Positions 1 through 13,736 of a DNA stretch of 64,000 nt are shown here, piece after piece (the stretch's first letter is position 1; every line of letters starts with the position of its first letter). The position numbers were made by a program, and so were the translations under genes. Origin of the DNA: Malacoraja senta (Eukaryota). The notes below the pieces were generated by a model. That model was given only the letters and a program-made list of their open reading frames with translations. It was not told the DNA's origin and did not search any database. The DNA lies in assembly GCA_038087875.1 (NCBI GenBank), contig JAXLNO010002335.1:310001-374000 (forward strand), given 5' to 3'.

Positions 1-1546
1 ATGTCTAAAGCTGTAAAGAAGAGAAATGGATCTGCCATGAAGTATTTCTCCAATTTCAATATTCTCATGAGTAAATAGGAAAATATTGAAACTTTCATTT
101 GTTTTTATTTTGATGGGGTCCTAAGCAATTCGAAAGTAATTTTCAAAGAAAAGTGGATTTGTGATAATAACACATCCAAAGGGAATGACCATAAAAAAAA
201 AAAAACATGGCATTTCCCTTATGCACTGTTCAAAGATGCAAGATTACAATGATGAGTAATCCCTTGCAATTCCTTCAGGACATTTTTTTCCTCAAGGTAA
301 AATTATAGCTATTACCTTGTCTTCCACTCTTTGGCCCTGCATGTAAATCAGTGCATTTATATGCAGTGAAGGTGCTGACCCATATCTCATAATATTATGG
401 TGCTGTGGCAATACATTAACTAGAAATGACTTATACCAGTACATTTCATTTGGATTTACCGAGGTGTTAATAGGCACGTGAAATTACTTTGCTGTATATT
501 AATAGGATGAGCAACATTTCTGAGTTTTGAAATTTGGATACCAGTCTAAGATTAGTCTACATTTTGGGGTAAAAACCTTGCTGTAGTATTTCCAAAAATA
601 ACGTACATGCTAAACCAAGTTTGAAGCTAAATAATATAAAATGGCTGTATTAATTTCTCCTAGTTTTTCACTTGGGGGGGGGGGAAATAACCCACAGAAA
701 TTCAAAATCCTTACCCTGTTTTGGGGTTTTGGAAGTATAGTGTATGAGGAGCACCATTCTGTAGGGGATGCCCCTCACCAGACTGCATTTCTGTAAATCG
801 GGTGCCAATTTTCCTACATACACTGCCTCTGCTCTGAGAGTGCAGATGCATGGAATTAGCTCAGAAGTGTCCTCAGCAATGTGAAAGATGAATTTACCAG
901 GTTTAATTCAAGGTCTCACTTGCCGCGCCACTTCCACTTCATCTGCCAGCGGACAGGAAATTGATGATTCGTGCACCATTCATGCAGAGGGTCACAAGTT
1001 CGAATCCTACTATGGCAGCTGAAGAATTTAAATTAAAAGAATCAAATTAATCTGGACATTGGGTTTTCTTTCACGGCAACTTTTTTCCCCCTTATATCTT
1101 GAATGTCTCTAAAGAAGAAGTCATTTTGTTCAGCCCTCATATCAAATCAGGATATTTGTCCCCTGGTCTACACTTGTTTGCATCTGGTTATATTTCATTT
1201 TCACCCATCGCCAATGTATATTCTACCTGAAGGTATAACCTCAAGATATGTGTACTTGTACTGTGGAAAGTATTGTAAAATGTACTCATTGTACATGTTT
1301 AACACCCACTCCCACTACCTGGTTGTGAGCTGGACCAAGACTGAACAATCCACATTTGTATCTTTTCATATAAATATCCACCATTAACACTATTAGTGCT
1401 GGCAATTGTAGCAATTTGATGTGGGCTGCAATGATAAAGATACTTATTCCCCTATCATGGTGTGCAAAATGTTCTGTTCCACAACAAAGTACATTTAACA
1501 CTTCCTGGAGTTGTACTATAATATAAATTAACACTTTGGCACCTAG

Positions 1547-1771
<225 letters not shown>

Positions 1772-2710
1772 TAGGCACAAAATTCCATAAATGTATGCAA
1801 GAAATAGGATTCTCTGATTTGCAATGAGATGACAGCAGAGATTTCATATCATTTCAAACACCATGAGAGGTAATTAGTTGTTAGTAAGAATGGCCAACCC
1901 ATTCAAATCAATACTTTTCCAAAGTATCCCTCCCAAACAGTGATTTGTTGCCTTGGTATCAAGGCCACAATGAGATGACTTTACAGGAAAAGGCTGTCAG
2001 AATTTCAGCTGGCAGTTTCGGTTGGGAAAGCCACAAAAGGTTTTCCTGGTAAATCCCAACTTAAAGACCAATAGATTATATTGATGGCGTAGAACACTGA
2101 TTTACATTTACATTAAGTTTCTGCATCTTAACAGCTAGCCCCATCTGTACCTTCCTTTGTGCCACCTATCCCCCTGAGAAGGGGAGAATTACATTTCATC
2201 GTAATGTTTTTTCAGTAGCATTGACTTTCTAAGGGAATAATCTGAAATTACAAGAAACTGAAATCTTGAAACTGAAATTAAACCTTCTGCAATAATGTCA
2301 TATATTTCAAAGCAAATTAAGCAAATTTTCCTTATTTACATACAGTAAGTGTGAAATATAAGATGAAATAAAAGAAAATGGGAGAAAATCAGACCAAGTA
2401 AAATTTCCTCACATGATTATGATAAACTGTTACTACATATGATCTAAATATAAAGATCTATGTTCAACTAAGTTAATGTTTGTGTATATTTGAAATCTAG
2501 TTAATTGACATTGTATTGCTTTTTCTATATATTTCAGATTTTAAATCCAATTCACAAGTATTGCTTTATGTTTATTTATTGATATGCATATTTAAAACCA
2601 TGATAATTAGCATGCATTGTTTCAAGTAGAAAATAAACCCAGAAATCTACATCCTTAATTAACAAACTGAATTGGCCAAATAAAAGATGAAGCAAAATAC
2701 AGTCCCAACA

Positions 2711-2850
2711 TGCAGAGTTGCTGCCTTACAGCGCTGGCAGCACCGGAGACCCAGGTTCGATCCCGACTACGGGTGCTGTCTGCATGGTCGGTGCGGACTC
2801 AGTGGGCCGAAGGGCCTGTTTCTGCACTGTGTCTCTAACTAAAGTAAATT
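2711..2850 (+). mobile_element. tRNA-derived SINE (HE1/V-SINE-like), internally deleted
   Basis: B-box-like GGTTCGATCCC and CR1-derived tail GTGGGCCGAAGGGCCTGTTTC. Confidence 0.75.
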
Positions 2851-3062
2851 AAATGCCAGCAAGATGCTTTAGCAGTCAGTGGACAATATAAATGGGCAAG
2901 CTGAAGGTTTAACTTCCAGTATTGCAAATGATTTTGGGAGGAATCAAATAAATATTGGGTTGCCAGTCAAGTGGCATCTGTCTTCCTACTGAAGGCTTGT
3001 CACAATCTAGGAGCAGTATGACAGGTGAAGGTTGTGGTGTGCTAAATGAGTGCAGCTTTTAA

Positions 3063-3338
<276 letters not shown>

Positions 3339-3493
3339 GAATTCCTCCCGTGGACAAACTTACCAAGAGATAGACTTTCTAAAATGTCACGTTACAAGAT
3401 GTTTTATACAACATACCGCATTCTGCTAAAGTACAAGGTGCATTCTGTATTTGTACTATCTGCGGACACCACATCCCGTTTGCTATTTCAATA

Positions 3494-3859
3494 CAGGTCC
3501 ACAACTGATTATCTGGCAACTGGTAGTCCGGCGCCTCCTTTAATTCGTAACCCCCCCCCCCCCACCCCCCCTGGAAATCCCCCCGAAAATGTGGCACCTA
3601 GGCCTGGTGATGCAGCCGATCTCAACCTTTTCGGGACTTCCGTGCTGATCGGCGGGTTGAATCTTCCCGCTGCAGCCAGGGCTCTGGAACTCCAGCCTGG
3701 CTGGAACCGGCAGATGCGTTCCTATAGCCAACTTCCACGGCCAACTTTGTGTGCCGGTATCTTGACCCTTCTAAGGCCGTGACCTCTGTTGGTCCAGCGA
3801 AACTGATAATCCAGAAAGGCTCTGGAATTAAGGGTGCCGGAAAATTAGTGGTGTGCCTG
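3494..3859. mobile_element. Non-autonomous Tc1/mariner-superfamily (pogo/Tigger-like) MITE downstream of the CPXM2 stop
   Basis: TA|CAGGTCCACAACTGATTATCTGGCA ... TGCCGGAAAATTAGTGGTGTGCCTG|TA: imperfect ~25-bp TIRs, TA on both sides, GC-rich interior. Confidence 0.7.
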
Positions 3860-3954
3860 TATAACATTTGTAACTTTTACACTATTCAGCACTTTTCTGC
3901 ACGACGTAATTTGAAAACCTGCCACACCACTCCATTCACACTGAGGACATTTTA

Positions 3955-4105
3955 TTTGAAGAAGGGTCTAAGGGCCTTGACCGGAAACATCACCCATTCC
4001 TTCTCTCCAGGGATGCTGCCTGTCCCGCTGAGTTACTCCAGCATTTTGTGTCTATCTTCAGCTTAAACCAGCTTAAACCAGCATCTGCAGTTCCTTCCAA
4101 CACAC
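3955..4105 (+). mobile_element. Penelope-like element terminal (pLTR) fragment
   Basis: GAAGAAGGGTC..GAAACATCACCCATTCCTTCTCTCCAG.GATGCTGCC..GCTGAGTTACTCCAGC, the same motif that follows the GIY-YIG remnant at ~56930. Confidence 0.7.
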
Positions 4106-5899
4106 AAGGACATTTTAATTATCAGGTTTGGAAACACTGGCCACCTCTAACAGAGACTATATTGATTTTACTCATTTATCAAACAAGGTTGCCCCTTTAA
4201 ATGTTTTCCAAATACCAGAAGGACTCGGTTTATAAAGGAATAGAAACAAATGTAATTGACACACAGGAAAAGAGCAGCTGACCTAACAAACCTGCTGCAC
4301 CGTGATCATCATGGCCGAATATTTCCTCCCTCCCCTAACTAATCCAAAGACATTACAGTGTCAGCATCATCATGTGGGAAAGGTTAACACAAAAGGTTAT
4401 AACAAAACTCAAGGAAAAATTCTGTTCCAGCTCACTCAAATGTGGAACTTTATCTACAAAGATACCTCCCTACTATATGATTCAATCTTTACCACAGTAT
4501 GAAAATAGCCCTACATCCGTTCCATCAATTAGCAAGAGTGAATACCCACCATGTCAGTTGGCAGTGTATTACAGAGACTCAGCTCAGGGGGAAAGAAAGA
4601 CTGCCTTTTATAGTTTAAACTCATAACTCCTGCTCCTCCCAATTATCTGCCAACATACAATCTTTTATATCCCTCTCAGTCTTTGCTCCTCTAAACTAAA
4701 TGTAACAAAATCATTGGGTCTAATTATGTTCCTTAATAATCACCCTTATTGCCATCCTCCAAACCTCTATCATGGTATCTGTCTCAATCCTTATTCTGGG
4801 GTCACAGTGGGCACTGTATTCTACAATGTCAAAATGGTGTCCTTTGACATACTAAATTATTCTATTAATTCAACAAAATAGCATGCTAATTTTAACTGTG
4901 GTCTCTCTATTTTACTCATGAGCATTCAGTAATTGTGCATAAATTGCATTAAGATGTCTTGCAGCCTTTTTCTGTATTACCTCCTGCAAATGATGCATGG
5001 ATTATGTTTAACATTGTGTTTATCTAAATTAAACACCACTTGGCAATGCATGATCTAATTCTCGAAAACATTGAAATCCTTTGGATTGGATTGCCCTCTT
5101 TGATACAATATCCACCCTTGCACAGATATTGATATTATCTGCATTAATACTTTCCATGCTCCTAAAAATGACATGGAACAGACTTAATACCAATCTCTGG
5201 GGAGATGCCACTAGCAACACATCTCAAAATTGATTCACATCAGATAAATACAACCTTTTGGCTGCAGGATTGAAGCCAATTCCTAATTTGTATCTTGTGC
5301 ATCTTCTAAACTGCACAATCGAACCAATGTTTTCTACAGCCACAGCATGATTAGACCAGACTTGAATGTACATTGTCCTCAGGTGTTTCGCAAAGTTTCT
5401 GCCTTAGCTTGCTGTCCTGTATTGTTTTCCTACATCAAGTCTGTACAGGTTCACTAGATGCTGCTCCCACATTCATCTTCTCTGACATTTCTCATGACAT
5501 ATAATTCTACAGTCATGCGCTCAGGCAGATAAGAGCCCGACTAGTGTTAATAGAGCAATGTCTTTTGGTCCACTTGCAAAACATTAAGCTGGGATCGTTA
5601 GCTGCATTATGTGCTCTTTCTTGGAGTAGACATCTTTAGATTAGTCTTGTGCAAAGTCCGAGTTCAAATATAGGAAACAGCTAAACATTCAAAAGTTTAA
5701 ACAAAGTGAGGAAAGTTGCTGTGTTAGACATTTAAATCTGCCCTACAGATCCACTCAGACTTTTGACAGACCACTTGAAGAAATTGGTGGCGATGCTTTG
5801 CTGTGCGGTCTGATCTAAACTGAAGTCACCTGATGAGCTGCAACACAACAGGAGTATTCACTGGTTATTATAACGTGCGAGGCATTATGATGAATATTT

Positions 5900-6410
5900 A
5901 TTTTGTGAGCAATTTTGGGCGCCATATGTGAGGAAGGATGCGCTGGCTCTAGAGAGGGTCCAGAGATGGTTTACAAGAATGATCCCAGGAATGAGGGGGT
6001 TAACATATGATAAGCATTTGGTGACACTGGGCCTGTACTCGCTGAAGTTTAGAAGGATGAGGGGGCACCTCGTTGAAACTTATCGAATAATGAAAGGCTT
6101 GGATAGAATGGATGTGGAGAGGATGTTTCCACTAGTGGGAGAGTCTAGGACTAGAGGTCATAGCCTCAGAATTAAAGGACGTTCCTTTAAGAAGGAGATG
6201 AGGAGGAATTTCTTTCATCAGAGGATGGTGTATCTGGAATTATTTGCCATATAAGGCTGTGGAGGCCGTCAATGGATATTTTTAAGGCAGAGATAGATAG
6301 ATGTTTGTGTCAGGGGTTATGGGGAGAAGGCAGGAGAATGGGGTTAGGTGGGAGAGATAGATCAGCCATTGATGGGCCGAATGGCCTAATGCTGATCCTA
6401 TCACTTATGA
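5900..6410 (+). mobile_element. CR1 LINE 3' fragment
   Basis: ORF 5928-6254 (LERVQRWFTRMIPG..RMRGHLVETYRI..RTRGHSLRI) is a CR1 ORF2 C-terminus, followed by a GGGCCGAATGGCCT tail. Confidence 0.9.
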
Positions 6411-6942
6411 CCTATCTAAGCAACCATGCAAACATATTGGAAACAGCTTTAGTCGTGGCTGCAGAATTCCTGGGATCCATACCTGTTCCATTGCCGTGAG
6501 TTCTCAAGTCACATTTTACTGGTGAATTTTAACACATTCTTCAAGTTGTCACCACAGTTTCAGTAAGGAAATTCATAATCTGCTTTTAATCTATTCTCAT
6601 AATACTTTCTGAAAGCTTATGCAAAATGAAGCTAAATACCTAAATTAGAAGCAAACAAAGGAGACATTAGTTTTTTTGTATGTGATTCTTCAGAACCTCA
6701 TCAACAAGCTGAATTACAGTTGCTCAGAACTGCAGTATACACACTCTTATACGCAATAATACTAATTTGCCATGAGCTGTGTAAAATGTAAAATCTCAAC
6801 AGAAAATACTATGTTCAATTTGTTGTTTACTGAAAATGAAGCATGCAGGAAGTGTCAGTGGGTATGTACTGCACTGTTTTAATCTATTAAACTATCGCTT
6901 TGTTCATTGGTTCTGCCAACTGACTAAATTCCTGTAGAATCA

Positions 6943-7180
6943 AGGAACTGAGATGCAGGTTTACAAAAAAAAAGACACAAAGTGCTGATGTAACAGTGTG
7001 TCAGCAGCATCTGAAGAGTTCATGGATAGGTGATGTTTTGGGATGGGATCAGTCTGTCGAAGGGTCCCGACCCAAAACATCACCTATCCATGTTCTCCAG
7101 GGATGCTGCCTGACCCATTGATGCTAACGATCAACGTAATGATTCACTAATTTTGTTCCTCCAGCACTTTGTGTCCATTT
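6943..7180. mobile_element. Palindromic (inverted-pair) Penelope-derived element
   Basis: CATGGATAGGTGATGTTTTGGG ... CCCAAAACATCACCTATCCATG inverted arms. Confidence 0.7.
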
Positions 7181-10044
7181 TTGCCAAATCCTTAATTCTA
7201 ATTGCTTTCAGATTGACAATTGGTCAGGTAAATTTGTATTCAGTCAACGGTGCTAAAAGAATCAAGTTCTCCTTGTACTCATCTCTACACATGGAGTCAA
7301 TTAAAGTGTGGGCGGTTCAACTGGTACTCTTACGCACTTTTACTATTGAAAACCAAAGACAAATTTCTCTTGTTGTGTATTTCAGAAAGGAGACTATCAC
7401 CACTGGATGAATTAGTAGCACAATAAATTTAAAACAACAGACGTATATCATGGAATGGTCACAGAGTTAGTAGTTTTTAGTTTGAATTAAGCGGAAAGCT
7501 GATTGTGGATTGATGCAGCAATTGTGTTCCTGCCTCTGATTGGACTTACCGTTACCCCTATGAAGCACTGTTTGCTGTGTATTGTATTTAGTTTAATATT
7601 TGGTTTAGTCAAAGAATGGTGAACACACTGACAGTCTGCTGGGGGAATTCAGAGGATCTAGCAACATCTGTGGGGGGGAATCAAATTGTCAACGTTTTGG
7701 GTCGAAACACTACACCTGGAAGGAGTTTAGACAGGGAAGATAGCCGGTTTAAAGAGGAGAGGGATTAGGGTAAAAAACCAAAATGTTATCAATATCTTTA
7801 CCCCAGCAGATGCTGCAGGAGTTGCTAATTTCTCAAGCAGAGTTCATGTTGCTCCAGATTCCAGTATCTGGAAAGCAGTCTCCTGTGTTTCCAATGTACT
7901 GACAATGCCTGCGGCTTGAAATTCCCTTTTAGCTAACCTAATACAGGAGCCCAGTACTCTGCCCCACTATTAACCCTAATACTTACCTGATGCAACCTTC
8001 AACAAGCATAATAATTGTGGAACATATGGGGAGCATATGGGGAGAAGTCAGGCACGGGTTATTGATTGAGGACGATCAGCCATGATCACAATGAATGGCG
8101 GTGTAGGCTCGAAGGGCTGAATGGCCTCCTCCTGCACCTATTTTCCATGTTTCCTAATAGCTGGTAGCTTGCATTGTACGTCCCTGGTGAGAGTTATGTG
8201 GAGTACAGTGGCTTCACCCTTTTGTATTAGGCTCTTAATAATCTAACCCGCTGTCCCTATAAACATCGGCAGGGTACTCAAAGGTGACCAAGTATTGTTT
8301 AATTTTATCGTGTGTTTCAAAGGAGCAGGGGGTGTTATTCCTGACCACACAAACAGTGCCTCCAGCCTGATCCCAAACCACACATGGTTCTTATTTCCTC
8401 CAGGCCTAGCCTACGTGAACCAGCCGATGTTCAGTACTTTGTTTTGTTCATTCTCACGTAAAGTCTTTTCCCAGTTATTGAGTACACCAAACATTAGCCA
8501 TGTAGAAGAGAAAAGAAATCATATTTAGGCCAAGAACATCTTTCCCTGAAGTACATAGGTGAACTGGTTATTTTTTTTAATGATAATCCAGCCAGCCCAA
8601 ATAAAAATCATATTGTATCCTGATGCTGGATGCATTCTGCCAAATTTGTTTTCAGTTTGGATGGAAATTGAAGATCACTCTTTAATTGGTAAATTAACTA
8701 TTATGAACATTTTATGTCCTGGTTGATTTATTTTTCTTTTTCTTATGGTATGTGAGAGGAGCGGCTATTTTTAAATGTAGCCATCAAATTGTTCCACCCA
8801 CAGTCCCTTTTACCTTCCACTTTAATTAGCAGCATCCATAAATCTACTTGTCCCCTCTCTCTTCTCACTCCCCTGGCAGGATGATCATCAATCAATCCCC
8901 ACTTCAATCTTCAATTAAGTATTCCTCACCAGAGTGTCACTCTGCAAACATGGAAGTAATCTGTCCTTTACCAGCTGGCACTCAAGTGCATCCATTCCAA
9001 TATGCTATCCCACTTTATTTATTTTGTTGTTGATTGCAATTCTCAATCAGGTATCGAGTTACCTTTCTCTTCTACTTATTGCATTGATATCTGCCAACCT
9101 GTTCCCTCAGCACTAGTGCGTGGGTGCCTGTATTTTTGTCTATTTTCTTCATTCTTCCTGAGCCCAAAGATATATATCTTTAGTTTAATGAAGAAAGAAG
9201 AACAGTTTTTCTTATGCACAAATTGGAACCAAAGCCTCGTATTTTTAGAAGAGGATGTGAGGAAGTGGAATTGGAGCAACATCTGGAAGAATGTCTTTTG
9301 GGACAATATGAAAAGATAGCATTGTTTTTCTTCATATGAAATCAAGGCAAAACATTTAAAATACGCAGAATAATTAATTAGCAGAAAAATGTCAAAGCAG
9401 TGAACACAAATAAAAGGAAGTTTATAATGATTTTCAGAGCAAATTTTCAGCAATAACCATATAGCATGAACTTATCAGTAAGTTTGAATGTAAATATTCA
9501 AGTTGCAAGACATTAAAAAAAAAGATATCATAAATGGTAACATGAAACTTTACTGGAGATTATAATGTAGCATTTCCCTTTAATGAAATGCTGCATCAAA
9601 GTAATTTTGATTTAAGCTTTTCTCCTAACTCTGATGGAAAGTTTGGTGAAGATGTGAACTAAAAGTAAACTATTGAGTTTATGTATATAAACAAATAGCA
9701 ATATTTTGCAAGATTACCTTGACTATTTTAGTTGTTGTTTACAACCAATTTACATTCTAATGTGACATGTAATCAGAGTGTAAGAAACATTTTTATAGGT
9801 GTGACTATCACTCTAAATTTGGTCTTGGAAAATATTTACCTATCGTATTCCTGCATAATTATTATATAATTACATGATTTTATTTGTTTGATGTGCACTC
9901 GGATTTATGTTTAAAACTAAATGCCTATAACATTTTTATTCTAAGCCTGCTAGAATGACTATAACTTGTGCATTCAACATTAATTTGTCACGGTGCAAAT
10001 TTGTAAAAATGGAGCAATCTGAAATCAAAATGTTCTTGCACTTT

Positions 10045-10050
10045 AATAAA
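10045..10050 (+). terminator. Possible distal polyadenylation signal of CPXM2
   Basis: AATAAA followed by U/GU-rich sequence at the end of a ~1.5-kb repeat-poor AT-rich tract. Not demonstrable without RNA data. Confidence 0.25.
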
Positions 10051-11839
10051 GCATTATAACATTTAACTTGGCTTCTTGTGGCTGCATTGATTCAATTGCC
10101 ATTCAACTGACAAGACAATCTTGACATTTTCTTCTATTCTTCCCTCACTGTGTGTTATTGTTTCAAATTGATGCTTATGAAGGGTGCTTTCAATGTTTTA
10201 TATATAACTTTGTGTTCTCCTATAGAGATTTTTCAGGCTCACAATGAAAAGAGTAATCCTTCATTGGTATGCCCTTGCAAAGCACATCAGCTCAGTCTTT
10301 AAGGAGATTGATGTCAAACAATAACACTCCATGTATCTTTTCCATCAGGAATCTTTTTGTTCCATCTCACATAATGGGTCAATGTAGAGGAATGTATTAC
10401 AGATAAAATATAGCGATACTGTCAATTATATGTTCTACTATCTTCTGTAAAAAAACTGTTTGGAAATCTTTATGTGAACTTCACATATAATCAGATTATT
10501 CTGTCAATTGAATTATTTAATGGTGGATTCCCAAAATTGGAATATTTATATATGGTGCCTGTCTTAACCATCCAATTATTTTATTAAACAAGCATTAAGG
10601 TGCATACAATCTATATGATCAGTATGATTTTTTTTTCAAAATAAGTATTGTCCAATGAGTTATGGTATGATGAAAATGTAACAATTCAGCATCCTGGATT
10701 ATTAATTTAGTGGGTGATAGTATAAATCCCACCATCACAATTTAACTGCCAAATGGATATATTTATTACAATTGACTTCCTACTGTTCTTTACAGAAAGT
10801 AATCTGTCATTTTCACAGGGACTGGCTGAGTCTGTGCACAATGCCATTCTTATCGTTTTTATAAAAAATGTTTTTTTTGGATCTCAGCTTTGCTGGCAGG
10901 GCCAGAATCTATTATTCGCCCATACGTGCCTTTGAGAAAGTGATGTTGAACTGCCTTCATGAACTTACTGCTATTCTTGTGGTGAAAGTACCCCCAATAG
11001 TGCTGTTAGGTTTGGAATTCCTGGGCTTAGATTGGAGACATGGGAGGAACAGCAATATATTTCCAATGATATTCACATGCTCTGAAGCCATTGTACTCCC
11101 TGATTGTAGAGATCTCAAATTAGAGATGTGCTGTCAAGGTAGCCTAGGCCAGTGCAGTCAGTAGCTGGTACACAGCTGCCTCTCTGCCTCTGTGTTGGAG
11201 GCATTGTGGCTTGGTTTGTTAGCCAGGCATGGAAGTGGTGGACATTGCCTGGTCCATCAAAGGATCTACAGGAGGTGCTGCCACAAAAAAACATCTAAAA
11301 TCATCAAAGACTTGCACCACCCAGGCTTCTTTCACCAGGTGGAAGATACCGACCTCCAGGTTCAAAGAAGGCGATATTGACTTCCAAAACCCCAACCATT
11401 TTTCCTTGTTCAAGGTATAATTCCACCCACTGGAATGTATTTCTCTTGCTGCCTATTCATTTAAGTTTTACCAGTGCTCCTTGATGCCATGTTCAGTCAA
11501 GTGCTGCCTTGATGACAAGAGTAATTAGTCTTTGCCTCTCGAAATCCCTCTTAATTATATCTGATTTCACCACCTCCACATCAGCATCAATCATATATCA
11601 TCCATTCTCTGCATATAAAAAAACATACTCCTCAGTTCTTTAAAACTCCTTCCTCTCACTTCAAACCTATGCCCTCTAGTTTGCAATAGCCTTAGCCTGG
11701 TCAACTCTCTGGCCCGCCTCCTTCATCGCTTGCTTTTGGGCTCCTGCCCCAAGTCATACTGGAGACTCGCAGGGCCCCTAATGAAGCACGCAACTGTTAA
11801 AATAACGTGACCCAGCCAGTTCCAAAAGTATAGCCTGTG

Positions 11840-12360
11840 TGTAATTTGAGGAAGGACATTCTTGCTATTGAGGGAGTGCAGCGTAGGTTTACAAGGTTAA
11901 TTCCCGGGATGGCGGGACTGTCATATGCTGAGAGAATGGAGCAGCTGGGCTTGTACACTCTGGAGTTTAGAAGGATGAGAGGGGATCTTATTGAAACATA
12001 TAAGATTGTTAAGGGTTTGGACACGCTGGAGGCAGGAAACATGTTCCCGATGTTGGGGGAGTCCAGAACCAGGGGCCACAGTTTAAGAATAAGGGGTAAG
12101 CCATTTAGAACGGAGACGAGGAAACACTTTTTCTCACAGAGAGTGGTGAGTCTGGAATTCTCTGCCTCAGAGGGCAGTGGAGGCAGGTTCTCTGGATGCT
12201 TTGAAGAGAGAGCTAGATAGGGCTCTTAAAAATAGCAAAGTCAGGGGATATGGGAAGGCAGGAATGGGGTACTGATTTGGGATGATCAGCCATGATCACA
12301 TTAAATGGCGGTGCTGGCTCGAAGGGCCGAGTGGCCTACTCCTGCACCTATTGTCTATTG
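11840..12360 (+). mobile_element. CR1 LINE 3' fragment (young)
   Basis: ORF 11837-12220 (IEGVQRRFTRLIPG..RMRGDLIETYKI); 3' end CCTACTCCTGCACCTATTGTCTATTG. Confidence 0.92.
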
Positions 12361-12361
12361 T

Positions 12362-13017
12362 AGAAATGAACTGCAAATGCGGTTTAAACCAAAGATAGAC
12401 ACAAAATGCTGGAGTAACTCAGCGGGACGGGCAGCATCTCTGGAGAGAAGGAATGCGTGACGTTTCAGGCCGAGGCCCTTCTTCAGTTCTTCAGTCTCCA
12501 GAACCAGGGGTCACTGTTTAAGAATAATGGGGAGGCCATTTAGGACTGAGATGAGGAAAAACGTTTTCACCCAGAGAGTTGTGAATCTGTGGAATTCTCT
12601 GCCACAGAAGGACAATTCAAGAGAGAATTAGATTTAGCTCATAGGCCTAAAGTGTAATGTATTCATACAGATTCATGTATATGTTAATGAGTTGGTGTTC
12701 AATATAAGCAGGGAATGTTGGGTAATAAAACTCTCTCTCGTGATCCAGGCAACCAGTGTGTAAGTTGTTATTCATTCTGCCGTCCAGAATATAACATAAA
12801 GGAATCAAGGGATATGTGGAAAAATCAGGAACGGGGTACTGATTTTAGACGATCATATTGAATGGCGGTGCTGGCTTGAAGGGCCGAATGGCCTACTCCT
12901 GCACCTATTTTTCTATGTTCTATGTCTGAAGAAGTGTCTCAACTCGAAACATCACCCATTCCTTCTCTCCAGAGATGCTGCATGTCCTGCTGAGTTACTC
13001 CAGCTTTTTGTGTCTAT
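12362..13017. mobile_element. Penelope-derived inverted pair (12362-12487 minus, 12924-13017 plus) with a second CR1 3' fragment in its centre
   Basis: The arms are reverse complements (GACACAAAATGCTGGAGTAACTCAGC / GCTGAGTTACTCCAGCTTTTTGTGTC). The centre, 12495-12923, matches a CR1 3' end. Confidence 0.75.
12653..12796 (+). mobile_element. Solo LTR, 144 bp
   Basis: TGTAAT...ATAACA termini, exact 5-bp TSD TAAAG on both sides, internal TATAA and AATAAA. Interrupts a CR1 fragment. Confidence 0.8.
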
Positions 13018-13736
13018 CCAAACTATAGCCTTGCTCCAAGTCAATCCACACCAAATTAAGGCATTTTGGATCCCTTTAATTTACAGAAGTCTGGATTTTC
13101 TGGTGTTTTGACATATTTTCTGTATCTGTTTCACAATGTAGATTAATTGATAAAGAAGCATAAGTTGCATCCTGAGAATTATGCGAGGTTTGCTATTCCT
13201 CCTCCAAACTATACATTTAGGCTGTGGGCTGAGCATCAAAAATGTGTCCAGAAATCAACTTTTGCGACCCATGTCTTGGAACTACATAAAATTTTGCACA
13301 GATTTAGATAAAATATAATTGAGAAGGGAGTCATAACTCGTCAGTGCCAAAAGTTGCACATTAATTAATTAAACTAATTAGAAAAAGAGATTGAAAAAGT
13401 AAGTGCCATCTAGTGTCCATTGCCCATATTACACCATGGGGAGCCTATTTCCGTGTTGCAGTCTATTTAAACCATATATTATTATACCAAAATATATATA
13501 TATATATGACGTGAATATGACAGTAATACATAATTATGTATAATTATATTATATAAAAATAATATAATTGGGAGTGTGTTTTTTGAATGAGACTGCCGCA
13601 GAGGTCCGGCTCCTGAACCCACCTAATTAATGGGTGATGGCAGTTCCTGTGGGTTCCCCCGGCTACTGAACCCCACTGACTGCCAGTGTGCAGAGTGGGG
13701 GTCACAGCCATAGTGGGACTGGGGCAGTGCCAGGTA

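Noticed and set aside
980-1020. tRNA gene (GTTCGAATCC B box)
   Set aside because: No cloverleaf or acceptor stem; a repeat remnant.
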